Positions 19,501-27,699 of a stretch of DNA of 39,249 nt are shown here, one piece after another. Both the position numbers and the translations under genes were made by a program. Every line of letters starts with the position of its first letter. Position 1 is the first letter of the stretch. Origin of the DNA: Chlamydia trachomatis (GTDB lineage: Bacteria > Chlamydiota > Chlamydiia > Chlamydiales > 2-12-FULL-49-11); the NCBI GenBank assembly GCA_945897715.1, contig CAMDFS010000003.1, positions 1-39,249 on the forward strand, written 5' to 3'. Below the pieces are notes generated by a model. That model made no database searches, was not told where the DNA came from, and worked only from the letters and a program-made list of their open reading frames with translations.

Positions 19501-20289
19501 TTTACCGTAAGCTGCCTGCTCAACAATTTGTATTGTCTCTCCAGAGGCAACATTCATCATTACTTCATGGGCTAGGAAATCATCTTTTTCTCCATAACGG
19601 ATTTCAGGGGCGACAACTAGTTTAATGCCATATTTTTCACCTAAAGTTTTATAAGCTGAAAGAAGATCCTCTTGAGCAGCATAACCTGACTCCATTTTTT
19701 GCATCACCCAAGCTTCATTTTGCACACCACAAGCAGCTAATTGCTCTAAAGACATCCTATTTAAAGATACCTGTAGAAAAAAATCTTCTCCAAATAAAGT
19801 TTTATAGAAACTGATCTCTTCTTCTACTTCCTTCTGCTCCCCATTTAACACAATATCGGCTAACGGGCTTTCAAAAGGGCCTGATAGGCAGATTAACCCT
19901 TCATGATACTTTTGCAGGAGAACTTTATCAATTCGTGGTGTGTAATAAAAACCCTCTAAATGAGCGATGGAAGAGAGTTTGCATAAATTTTTATACCCTT
20001 GCAAGTTCTTTGCAAGAAGTACAATAGATCGCCCTGCTGCTTTTCCAGAAATTCTTTTCTTTTCCGTACATAAATTAGGGGCCATCATCACTTCGAGTCC
20101 AATGATAGGCTTGATCCCAGCGCTTTTACATTCAGTATAAAATTCTATGCAGGCAAATAAGTTACAAAAGTCTGTAAGTGCAAGGGAGGAAAGCTCCAAT
20201 TCCTTCGCTTTTTTCACCAAATCCACTATTGATAGGGTTGAGTCTAATATTGAATACTGCGAATGGAGATATAATGGGGTGTAGTGCAT
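16585..20289 (-). CDS. dnaE: DNA polymerase III alpha subunit
   Basis: PHP domain (LHSQYSILD), GPGRGSGAGS, FERFINPER, YPDIDVD, KIDFLGL, FASYGFNKSH. Confidence 0.98.
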   Translation of the reverse strand: MHYTPLYLHSQYSILDSTLSIVDLVKKAKELELSSLALTDFCNLFACIEFYTECKSAGIKPIIGLEVMMAPNLCTEKKRISGKAAGRSIVLLAKNLQGYKNLCKLSSIAHLEGFYYTPRIDKVLLQKYHEGLICLSGPFESPLADIVLNGEQKEVEEEISFYKTLFGEDFFLQVSLNRMSLEQLAACGVQNEAWVMQKMESGYAAQEDLLSAYKTLGEKYGIKLVVAPEIRYGEKDDFLAHEVMMNVASGETIQIVEQAAYGKASSMYKNPKRKIASSYNLFFPSKEEIKARYEGLEEEVENTNRIADLCNLEFDFEQKHYPVYTPPHLIGQQLLPEERLVEANAFLRKLCHEGIKKRYQKEELFRVQEKYPGKDPWEIIDHRLAYELEIIISKGMSDYLLIVYDFIHWAKGNKIPVGPGRGSGAGSIILYLVGITDIEPLGFDLFFERFINPERISYPDIDVDICMERRSEVIRYTIEKYGSDKVAQIITFGTMKAKMAIKDVGRVLNMPLSKVNAIAKLIPEEVGATIDEALAIDVELQRLVNEEKDVKILIDLAKKLEGSVRNTGVHAAGVIISELPLTDVIPVCNAKDTDLLVTQFSMKPVEKVGMLKIDFLGLKTLTSIQKTVDAISLHKGIELDWVNLSLHDKKTFDLLNQGKTSGVFQLESAGMQDLVRQLHVDCFEEIIAVGALYRPGPMDMIPSFINRKHGREKIEYDHKGLVDILKETYGIMVYQEQVMQIASLLAGYSLGEGDVLRRAMGKKDHGEMSRQREKFREGAKAKGVDEDQAIAIFNKVEKFASYGFNKSHATAYGYISYVTAYLKANFPYEWTAGLMTSDMQDISKVSKHIAEANSMGIAILPPDINQSYPYFVATDVGVRFALSAIKGVGEGVVLEISEERRKNKKFTSLENFLTRVDFSSVGKKMVENLILSGCFDFTEWKRKQLFLYLQENFDRIAKTKKEKKKGILDLFTDDAIEKNKSSSSSSDEEFETLEKLKYERELLGFYVTGHPLGSYKEAVDKLGCKNFTEVMEGAPGEVFKVPFVIDSINIRISQRTKKKFAICVVSDDYHRFDLPIWPDLYERIAPILEENSLYIGILATEDKEGTLHLSSKDLFKLEEIQEREKEIETAYNKASRFVKKRTNNEIKEQKQLVPIKLHMDMDKMTMKSVLLLKTMIKKFPGPRPLEIYFISKDQKMAKIYIDETKGVDPSVEMKGYFKSQNAVLDIIEEEEVSS

Positions 20290-20298
20290 CAAAAGTCC

Positions 20299-21639
20299 TT
20301 ATTCTGAGGGAAGAGATGCCCCTTTTTGAGGGATCCAAACTAAAGAAAGTAATGAAAAAGCAAAAAAAGCACAAAATAATAATATGATAAAAAAAGTTCC
20401 CCAGCCATAATCTTCGGCAATCTTCCCAAATGGATAACCAGCAGTAGTAGCTCCAATATAGGCAAACCACCCAACAAAACCAGTGGCTGTCCCAGCAGCT
20501 TTTTTATGTGCAAGCTCTGCTGCCTGCATCCCAATTAACATCTGAGGGCCAAAAACTAAAAAGCCTATAGAAAACATGATCATATGGGCATAAAGGACCC
20601 CCCCAAAAGGGGTTAACCAAAGACTTGCCGCTGAAAAGATCACTCCCATGGAAAAGATTGCATTGATAGGACCTCTCCTACCATTAAAGAGCTTATCAGA
20701 TAAAAATCCTGAAGCAAGGCAGCCTAAAAATCCCCCTGCTTCAAAAGTAAAAATACATGCCCCGGCAGAAAGTAATGTGAATCCTTTTACCTCGTATAGA
20801 TATAATTGTCCCCAGTCATTGATCGCAGTTCTTACAACATAAACAAAGAAATAGGCAAATCCAAGGATCCAAATATATTTATTTCTTAAGACAACATCAA
20901 GGAGTAATTGTCTCTTGCTCATCTTTTCTGTGAGCTTATCTTTTTCAGTAATCCCCTCCCCTTTATACTCTTCAATGGATGGAAGGCCAAGAGACTCTGG
21001 GGTATCACGAAGTCGATTGATTAAAAAAAATCCCATCAAGATACAAACAACTCCAGGGACATACATAGCCATCCGCCATCCGTAGTAGCTTGCAATCACT
21101 GCAACAAACAATGGAATAATAGCTCCCCCTAAATTATGAGAGGTGCTCCACACTCCCCACCAACGGCCACGTTCATTTTGGGCATACCAATGAGTTAAAA
21201 ACCTAGCACATGGCGGCCATCCCCACCCTTGGAACCACCCATTTAGACCCCAAAAGACTCCGAAAAAAAATAAGGAGGAGGAGAGTCCAAAACAGATATT
21301 CCAAATTCCAGTTAGGATCAATCCAATTGCCATGAAATAACGAGGATTTGATCGATCACTCATAATTCCACTGAAAAATTTAGAAATTCCATAAGTAAAA
21401 TATAGGATACTTCCCAAAATACCAAGGTCAGATTTTGAAAACCCTAGCTCTTCAATCATCAAAGGCATCACAAAGGTAAAACTTTTTCTCGTAAGGTAAA
21501 AAAAAGCATAACCAGCATACATTGCATAGAAAGTTCGGATTCTCCAATAGGAATACTTTTGCTTGATAACCAGAGGATCCGTGATTCTCTCACCGATTGG
21601 AGCATTTTGAAAAATGTTCCATTTACTAAATAATCCCAT
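20299..21639 (-). CDS. uhpC: hexose-phosphate transporter UhpC (MFS, OPA family)
   Basis: YAFFYLTRKSF, YGISKF, FQGWGWPPC, ERGRWWGVWSTSHNLGG, FGPQMLIG, AAGTATG; start at MGLFSK (21639) with AAGGA RBS. Confidence 0.93.
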   Translation of the reverse strand: MGLFSKWNIFQNAPIGERITDPLVIKQKYSYWRIRTFYAMYAGYAFFYLTRKSFTFVMPLMIEELGFSKSDLGILGSILYFTYGISKFFSGIMSDRSNPRYFMAIGLILTGIWNICFGLSSSLFFFGVFWGLNGWFQGWGWPPCARFLTHWYAQNERGRWWGVWSTSHNLGGAIIPLFVAVIASYYGWRMAMYVPGVVCILMGFFLINRLRDTPESLGLPSIEEYKGEGITEKDKLTEKMSKRQLLLDVVLRNKYIWILGFAYFFVYVVRTAINDWGQLYLYEVKGFTLLSAGACIFTFEAGGFLGCLASGFLSDKLFNGRRGPINAIFSMGVIFSAASLWLTPFGGVLYAHMIMFSIGFLVFGPQMLIGMQAAELAHKKAAGTATGFVGWFAYIGATTAGYPFGKIAEDYGWGTFFIILLFCAFFAFSLLSLVWIPQKGASLPSE

Positions 21640-21665
21640 CAATTTCCTTATATAAAATCTGTTCA

Positions 21666-21694
21666 ACTTTATCTTCACCCCTTCAAAAAGTCAA
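21666..21694 (-). promoter_or_regulatory. putative uhpC promoter TTGACT-N17-TAAAGT
   Basis: Minus strand -35 at 21694-21689, -10 at 21671-21666. Confidence 0.55.
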
Positions 21695-21745
21695 CCATTT
21701 TGATTCTTGCATTGACCTTCTCTCAAAATATGTTATAGGTAAAGG

Positions 21746-22390
21746 ATGAGTGATCTGTTTAAACAGCCAAATATTTCTAAATATGACAGAAACGATCCCC
21801 GTTATTTGACGATAAGTGAGACTGGGATTGCTAAATCAGATGAAAAATGCAATAGCAAGCCTATCACTTATAAGAATAAGTCGATACCCTCATTAAAACT
21901 TCTCTATGCACGAATAATGCAGGTATTATTTGAAAAAGGAGAAAACCCTAATGCAATTGATTTATCTCACCTACAGCCAGGGGAGAGGGAGCTCTACTTA
22001 TTGATTTTTGCCCTTCTCAACCATTTTAAAGACCTATCGGCACAAGATCAATCTGGAAATATTGCATTTATTAACACCCTCTCTAAAACATGGAATAATT
22101 TGGTATTGTCAGTAAATCGACGCAGATCTCAAAAGCATCCTCATAAATATTTGGAAGACCTTAATGAAGTGATCGATTCTATTGATTCTTATGAATCTGA
22201 GGGGGGAGAATCGTTTGGTTTTTACCTCTCTCACCATGCAGGGAAAGATGCCGATTGGTTTCCCATCCCCTATCTTCAGATGATTTCTGGAATCTATGAA
22301 AACTATGTAGTAGATCAAGATAAAAGTTATTTATCTGCATGGTCTCATGATCTTTCACACTTATTGATAGAAATTTCTACAGAGAAGTAA
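21746..22390 (+). CDS. hypothetical protein (alpha-helical)
   Basis: 214-aa ORF filling the uhpC-hisS gap; SFGFYLSHHAG..WFPIPYLQM segment looks like a conserved core. Confidence 0.75.
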   Translation: MSDLFKQPNISKYDRNDPRYLTISETGIAKSDEKCNSKPITYKNKSIPSLKLLYARIMQVLFEKGENPNAIDLSHLQPGERELYLLIFALLNHFKDLSAQDQSGNIAFINTLSKTWNNLVLSVNRRRSQKHPHKYLEDLNEVIDSIDSYESEGGESFGFYLSHHAGKDADWFPIPYLQMISGIYENYVVDQDKSYLSAWSHDLSHLLIEISTEK

Positions 22391-22396
22391 AGAAGC

Positions 22397-22425
22397 TTTA
22401 CACCTTTTTATTTTTTGTCTATACT
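22397..22425 (+). promoter_or_regulatory. putative hisS promoter TTTACA-N17-TATACT
   Basis: -35 at 22397-22402, -10 at 22420-22425, ATG at 22432 (6-nt gap). Confidence 0.6.
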
Positions 22426-22431
22426 ACCTTC

Positions 22432-23724
22432 ATGGAAAAAAACCGTGTAAAAGGATGCTACGATAGATACCCCAATGCAAAAGAGAGGTGGCAACAACCT
22501 CAGATTTGGAAGATTGTCGATCAAGTAATTGAAAAGATCACTTCTTTGTATGGATTTAAAGAAGTTGTGACCCCCTCTTTTGAATATACTGAGGTATTCA
22601 CTCGCTCTTCAGGAGAGTTAAGTGATATTGTAAGTAAAGAAATGTATACCTTTGAGGACAAAAAAGGGCGCTCTTTATCCCTTCGTCCAGAACTTACTGC
22701 ACCAACAATTCGCGCCTATATTGAAAATGGGGGGATGAACGAAAAACTCTCAAAGCTTTTTTATAAAGGTTCTTGTTATCGATATGATCGACAGCAAAAA
22801 GGGAGATACCGCCAATTTCATCAATTTGGAGTAGAAGTCATTGGACAAAAGGATCCTTTTATCGATATAGAAGTGATTTCTATGTTAGATCACTTTTTTG
22901 ACATGCTTGGAATTACAAAGACTACATTGCTAATAAACTCTATTGGTTCAAAAGATTGTCGAGTACGTTATAGCAAAGAGCTTGTCTCCTATTTTTCAAA
23001 ACACATCCATCACCTCTCGGAAGACAGTATACGACGTTTAGAGAGCAATCCCCTCCGAATATTAGATTCAAAAGATCCTACAGATATAGAGATTAAGGCT
23101 AATTGCCCAAATATCCTCGATTTTATTGGGATAGAAGAGAAAAAGCATTTTACCACTGTATTAGAAGGGCTTGATAGCCTGGGGATTTGCTATAAGGTAG
23201 ATAAACATTTAGTTAGAGGTCTTGATTATTACACTGACACAGTTTTTGAGCTGGTGAGATCTGATTATACCTCTGGACAAAATTCCCTTGGTGGCGGCGG
23301 AAGATACGATGGCTTAGTAAAAGCTCTGGGGGGCAAAGACCTCCCTGGCATAGGCTTTGGACTTGGCCTTGAAAGAACAATTCAATATCTTTTAGATGAA
23401 AATATTGCAATCCCAGAAGAGACACCTCCAAAATATTACTGCATTGGGCTAGATACTTCTTGCAAAAAGGCTCTCTTTTCTTTTGTAAATGCAGCTCGCA
23501 GAGCTGGAATCATTGCAGAAATAGACCCAGAGTATGCTCTTAAGGGAGGGTTAAAGAATGCAAGCGAGAAAAAGGCTGAATATGCTATCATCCTCGGCGA
23601 AGATGAACTTAAACAAGGCGTTTGCAAAGTTAAGGATTTAGCACAGAGAAAAGAAGAGACCATACAATTAAAAGATCTCACTTCTTTATTAAGTAAAAAC
23701 TTTACCGAAGCAATGCAGACATAA
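22432..23724 (+). CDS. hisS: histidine--tRNA ligase
   Basis: DIVSKEMYTF, LRPELTA, GRYRQFHQFGVE, LVRGLDYYT, GGGRYDGL, GFGLGLER. Confidence 0.98.
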   Translation: MEKNRVKGCYDRYPNAKERWQQPQIWKIVDQVIEKITSLYGFKEVVTPSFEYTEVFTRSSGELSDIVSKEMYTFEDKKGRSLSLRPELTAPTIRAYIENGGMNEKLSKLFYKGSCYRYDRQQKGRYRQFHQFGVEVIGQKDPFIDIEVISMLDHFFDMLGITKTTLLINSIGSKDCRVRYSKELVSYFSKHIHHLSEDSIRRLESNPLRILDSKDPTDIEIKANCPNILDFIGIEEKKHFTTVLEGLDSLGICYKVDKHLVRGLDYYTDTVFELVRSDYTSGQNSLGGGGRYDGLVKALGGKDLPGIGFGLGLERTIQYLLDENIAIPEETPPKYYCIGLDTSCKKALFSFVNAARRAGIIAEIDPEYALKGGLKNASEKKAEYAIILGEDELKQGVCKVKDLAQRKEETIQLKDLTSLLSKNFTEAMQT

Positions 23725-23736
23725 AGAGAGAAAAAA

Positions 23737-25524
23737 ATGACAGCAACAAAATTTCGTTCCCATACTCTACAAGAATTAACCAAAAAAAACATTGGAGAAA
23801 CTGTCCATTTATCTGGATGGGTTAATCGAAGACGTGATCATGGTGGGTTAATATTTATTGATCTAAGGGATCGTTATGGAATTACACAAATTGTTTTTGA
23901 TCCAACAATTAATAAAGTCTGTCATGGCAAGGCTGAGCAACTTCGAAGTGAATGGGTGATAAGTGTCACTGGGAAGGTACGCGCTCGCGGTGAAGGGATG
24001 AATAATCCAAACCTTGCTACTGGAGAAATTGAGCTCGAAGTGACAGAGCTTCAAGTGCAGTCAACATGTCCCACTCCCCCATTTTCAATATCGGATGAAA
24101 AAATCGACGTCCAAGATGAACTTCGATTGGTATACAGATATTTAGACTTTCGTCGCCCTGAATTAAAAAAAATAATGATTGCAAGAAGTAAGGCGACAAA
24201 TATCATTAGGAATTTCCTATCTGACGAGAACTTTTTAGAAATAGAGACCCCTATCCTTACCAAATCAACTCCAGAAGGGGCTCGTGACTACATCGTCCCA
24301 TCAAGAGTACATCCCCATCATTTTTATGCCCTCCCTCAATCCCCTCAGATCTATAAACAGTTGCTGATGGTAGGTGGGATGGACCGTTACTTTCAAATAG
24401 CAAGATGTTTTAGAGATGAGGATATACGAGCAGATAGACAACCTGAATTTACACAAGTTGATATTGAGATGAGTTTTAATAACAACGAAGATATTATCAA
24501 GCTTGCTGAGGGGTTATTTAAGAAACTCTGGAAAGAATGCAAGGGGATAGATTTAAATACCCCCTTTATTAGAAAAAGTTACCAAGAATGCATGGATAAC
24601 TACGGAACAGACAAGCCTGACCTACGTTTTGGGATGAAATTTATCAATGTTGACTCAATTGCACAAAGATCTAGTTTCTCCATATTTAAAGAGGCTCTTG
24701 ACGGAAACCAAATCGTCAGGGCTATCAATGTGCCAGGCGGCGGTACTCTTTCTCGCCGTGAAATTGATGAGGTGATCCATTTTACTCAACAGTTTGGTCT
24801 CGGTGGCCTTGCGTGGATGAAAATGACAGAAGAAGGCCTTACTTCAAATATTGTCAAATTTTTTGATGAAGAGCTCCAAAAAGAACTTATACAGAGATGT
24901 GAAAGCAAAGTGGGCGATTTAATTCTATTTGCGGCTGCAAAAAAATCTGTAGTCCTCCAGTCCTTAGATCACCTCCGTCGTCATTTAGCAGAGAAATTAG
25001 GTCTAATAAACAAAGAGGAGTTAAAATTCCTTTGGGTATTAGATTTTCCATTGTTTGACACGGATAAAGAGACAGGACTGCTTACCTCTGTACACCACCC
25101 CTTTACATCACCACTTCCTGAAGATATAGCAAAGTTAGATTCTGATCCTTTGAGTGTACTATCTAATGCTTATGATCTTGTATTAAACGGCTACGAATTA
25201 GGGGGCGGTTCGATCCGTATCCACGATTCAGCTCTTCAGCAAAAGATTTTCTCACTACTTAATTTATCCAATGAAGCAATCGAAGAAAAATTTGGATTCC
25301 TAACAAAGGCTCTTTCCTATGGCGCTCCTCCTCATGGTGGAATTGCATTTGGCCTAGACAGGATCATGATGCTATTAACGGGAGCTTCTTCAATCCGAGA
25401 TGTAGTTGCCTTTCCAAAAACGCAAAAGGCCGCAGATCTTATGATGTCATGTCCTTCCAAAGTAGAAGATTCTCAGTTGGATGAACTATTCATTGAAAAA
25501 AAGAGGCTCCTGACTATTAAATAG
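23737..25524 (+). CDS. aspS: aspartate--tRNA ligase
   Basis: GWVNRRRDHGGLIFIDLRD, STPEGARDY, LPQSPQ, RADRQPEFTQ, GGGSIRIH, PPHGGIAFGLDR. Confidence 0.98.
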   Translation: MTATKFRSHTLQELTKKNIGETVHLSGWVNRRRDHGGLIFIDLRDRYGITQIVFDPTINKVCHGKAEQLRSEWVISVTGKVRARGEGMNNPNLATGEIELEVTELQVQSTCPTPPFSISDEKIDVQDELRLVYRYLDFRRPELKKIMIARSKATNIIRNFLSDENFLEIETPILTKSTPEGARDYIVPSRVHPHHFYALPQSPQIYKQLLMVGGMDRYFQIARCFRDEDIRADRQPEFTQVDIEMSFNNNEDIIKLAEGLFKKLWKECKGIDLNTPFIRKSYQECMDNYGTDKPDLRFGMKFINVDSIAQRSSFSIFKEALDGNQIVRAINVPGGGTLSRREIDEVIHFTQQFGLGGLAWMKMTEEGLTSNIVKFFDEELQKELIQRCESKVGDLILFAAAKKSVVLQSLDHLRRHLAEKLGLINKEELKFLWVLDFPLFDTDKETGLLTSVHHPFTSPLPEDIAKLDSDPLSVLSNAYDLVLNGYELGGGSIRIHDSALQQKIFSLLNLSNEAIEEKFGFLTKALSYGAPPHGGIAFGLDRIMMLLTGASSIRDVVAFPKTQKAADLMMSCPSKVEDSQLDELFIEKKRLLTIK

Positions 25525-25526
25525 AG

Positions 25527-25555
25527 TTGATCTAAAAGCGCAATAGCATTATCAT
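25527..25555 (+). promoter_or_regulatory. putative promoter TTGATC-N17-TATCAT
   Basis: -35 at 25527-25532, -10 at 25550-25555, upstream of the ORF at 25595. Confidence 0.5.
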
Positions 25556-25594
25556 TAAGATGTTATAAATAATTTTTTTAGAAAAAGAATTTCT

Positions 25595-26308
25595 ATGTCA
25601 TCTAGTTCGCTTAATATATTTTTTCAAAAACCTTTAGTAGTTTATGCTGATGAAAATTATTCTGTCCCACCTCCTGCCTGGGGAAAGATAGAGAGCCTAA
25701 TGGAGTCCTTAAGAAAAAACGGACCTCTTGTAACAGTTGCAAAAGTGGGGCCAAGTGCCTATACTTCGGACTCTTTTGCGCTAAAAAAAGAAAGTGCCGG
25801 TGTAAAAATACATGGCTGGAAAGCTGGCGGATTTAAACCAAATGCCCCTCAAATTACCGCTATCTTGCTCGGTGCTAGCAAAACAGAGACCAACTCTTAT
25901 GTGTTCTATACTTTAGCAAAAGATGTTACAAGGAGCAAGGATTCTCTAATCAGAGGTTTTACTCCTTTAAACACAGATGAAAAAGTCTACGTCATGACTT
26001 ACGAACATTTTAAGAAGCGCTCTTTAGTGAATTTACATCCTATCTGTCCTCATGCTCAATGGTTATTTTCTGTAAATGCAAATGCAATCCTAGATGGTTC
26101 AGAAACTCAAGAAAAGTGTAAAATAATAGGACAAGAAATTTTTGATCATTACAAAACGATTTTTCGTGGAGACAGTGGGGCTGCAAAAGATGCAATGATG
26201 GGAATTTGTAATGCCGCCAAATTTTTAACACCGGAAAAATACAGGGCAAGACATATCGAAGTCGCCTGGGATGGCGTAGGTGATAGCCATATTAAATGGC
26301 GAGGTTAG
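25595..26308 (+). CDS. hypothetical protein, possible effector (degenerate papain-like region plus C-terminal AWDGVG..W module)
   Basis: 237-aa ORF with its own candidate promoter; Ser-rich start MSSSS; LRKNGPLV...AILLGA...VFY pattern. Confidence 0.6.
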   Translation: MSSSSLNIFFQKPLVVYADENYSVPPPAWGKIESLMESLRKNGPLVTVAKVGPSAYTSDSFALKKESAGVKIHGWKAGGFKPNAPQITAILLGASKTETNSYVFYTLAKDVTRSKDSLIRGFTPLNTDEKVYVMTYEHFKKRSLVNLHPICPHAQWLFSVNANAILDGSETQEKCKIIGQEIFDHYKTIFRGDSGAAKDAMMGICNAAKFLTPEKYRARHIEVAWDGVGDSHIKWRG

Positions 26309-26416
26309 ACCTATTTTCCTTTTAGATGTTTAGATTTTTTTGTGGAAATAAATGAAATCCATAATTATAATATACTTCCATTTGTTAATTATAATACACA
26401 TTGAAGGAGTATTTTC

Positions 26417-26845
26417 ATGATTAAATTTTTATTAGCTATTCTATTCACAGCACATATTGCTGCAGAAGAGCCTACTTTTAGCACCCAATTGGGGTATTAT
26501 ATTGAGGATGTCTTGGACCGAAATGAAATGGTTTCAAAATATTTTAATACAGATGCGTTCCTTCTAGGATTTGATAAAGCTTTGGCAAATGAGTCTGTAA
26601 CTCTTTCAAAAGAAGAACTTTGCAAATATTTTGAGCCAGGTAATTCGCTTACAGAAGAGAGAAAAGCGATTTATAGTGAAGCTTGCGGTCACTATGTAGT
26701 TCTTACCTTAAAGGGAAAAGACTCTAAGGATATTATTTTTAAAGAAATTAGAGCAGGAATTGTTGCTGGAAAAAAAATGGATGAGCTTCCTTCATTAAGT
26801 AATGAAACAAAAGCAAAATACCTTGAGCTTTTAGACCAGCTATAA
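26417..26845 (+). CDS. exported protein with two FKBP_N (Mip N-domain)-like repeats and no PPIase domain
   Basis: Signal peptide MIKFLLAILFTAHIAA; FSTQLGYYI...FNTDAFLLGFDKAL...LSKEE and YSEACGHYV...IRAGI...LSNE resemble LSQAYGHMI...LISGIQDAF...LSE in the adjacent Mip; AAGGAG RBS. Confidence 0.6.
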   Translation: MIKFLLAILFTAHIAAEEPTFSTQLGYYIEDVLDRNEMVSKYFNTDAFLLGFDKALANESVTLSKEELCKYFEPGNSLTEERKAIYSEACGHYVVLTLKGKDSKDIIFKEIRAGIVAGKKMDELPSLSNETKAKYLELLDQL

Positions 26846-26919
26846 GCCCCGGTTAAAGAAAAAAACTTGGCTATAAAGAGTGATCCTAGTAAAGTAGCAT
26901 TACCACAAAGGAGTAATTC

Positions 26920-27699
26920 ATGAAACATCTACTAGCTTTTCTATTTTGCAGTGCGGCAGTATTTGCTGTAGAAACAAAAGTTCAAACAGAGAAGATTGAA
27001 AAAAAGCAATCTGAAGACTTTTCAGCACAGGACATCAAGCTTCTATCCCAGGCATATGGCCATATGATAGGGGTAAACCTCTGCGCTATCGATATAGACC
27101 TTAATACAAGCGCTCTTATCAGCGGGATCCAAGACGCCTTTAATGGTATGGAGTCTCCCCTTTCTGAAAGCAAAACAATTGAGATGATCACAAGCTTACA
27201 AGAGAGAAAGTTTAAAAATGAATGCGAAACAAATCTTAAAGCAGCTGAGGCATTTTTAGCAGCAAATAAAAAAAATGATACCATCATTGAGCTTGAAGGT
27301 GGAAAACTTCAATACAAGAAACTTTCAGAAGGAACAGGGAAGGGATGTTCAGAAAAAGAAACTCCAGTGATTTCTTACATAGGCACTTACCTTAATGGCG
27401 AGGTCTTTGGAAAATCTGAAAAAGATGAATCTATCTGTTTAGATGAAACAATTGAAGGCTTCCGAAAAGCAATTGTCGGCATGAAAGTTGGCGAAAAGCG
27501 TCTTGTCTACATTCATCCTGAATTAGGATATGGCGTAAGTAGTTGTCTCTCTCCAAATTCGCTACTTACTTTTGAAATTGAAATGAAGGGGTTAGAAGAT
27601 AAAATTTCAGCAAATGAAAAGAATCTTGAAAATATAGCCGAATTTCCATCAGAAGATGCCTTTGCAGAAACAGATTTAAAGCATAAGAATGTAAAATAA
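26920..27699 (+). CDS. mip: FKBP-type peptidyl-prolyl isomerase Mip
   Basis: FKBP_N region, long helix, LQYKKLSEGTG, YIGTYLNGEVF, IEGF..AIVGMKVGEKRLVYIHPELGYG, PNSLLTFEIE. Confidence 0.92.
   Translation: MKHLLAFLFCSAAVFAVETKVQTEKIEKKQSEDFSAQDIKLLSQAYGHMIGVNLCAIDIDLNTSALISGIQDAFNGMESPLSESKTIEMITSLQERKFKNECETNLKAAEAFLAANKKNDTIIELEGGKLQYKKLSEGTGKGCSEKETPVISYIGTYLNGEVFGKSEKDESICLDETIEGFRKAIVGMKVGEKRLVYIHPELGYGVSSCLSPNSLLTFEIEMKGLEDKISANEKNLENIAEFPSEDAFAETDLKHKNVK

Noticed and set aside
26362-26396. Direct repeat TAATTATAATA x2 upstream of the FKBP_N-like gene
   Set aside because: Pure AT sequence in an AT-rich intergenic region; cannot be distinguished from chance or tandem -10 boxes.
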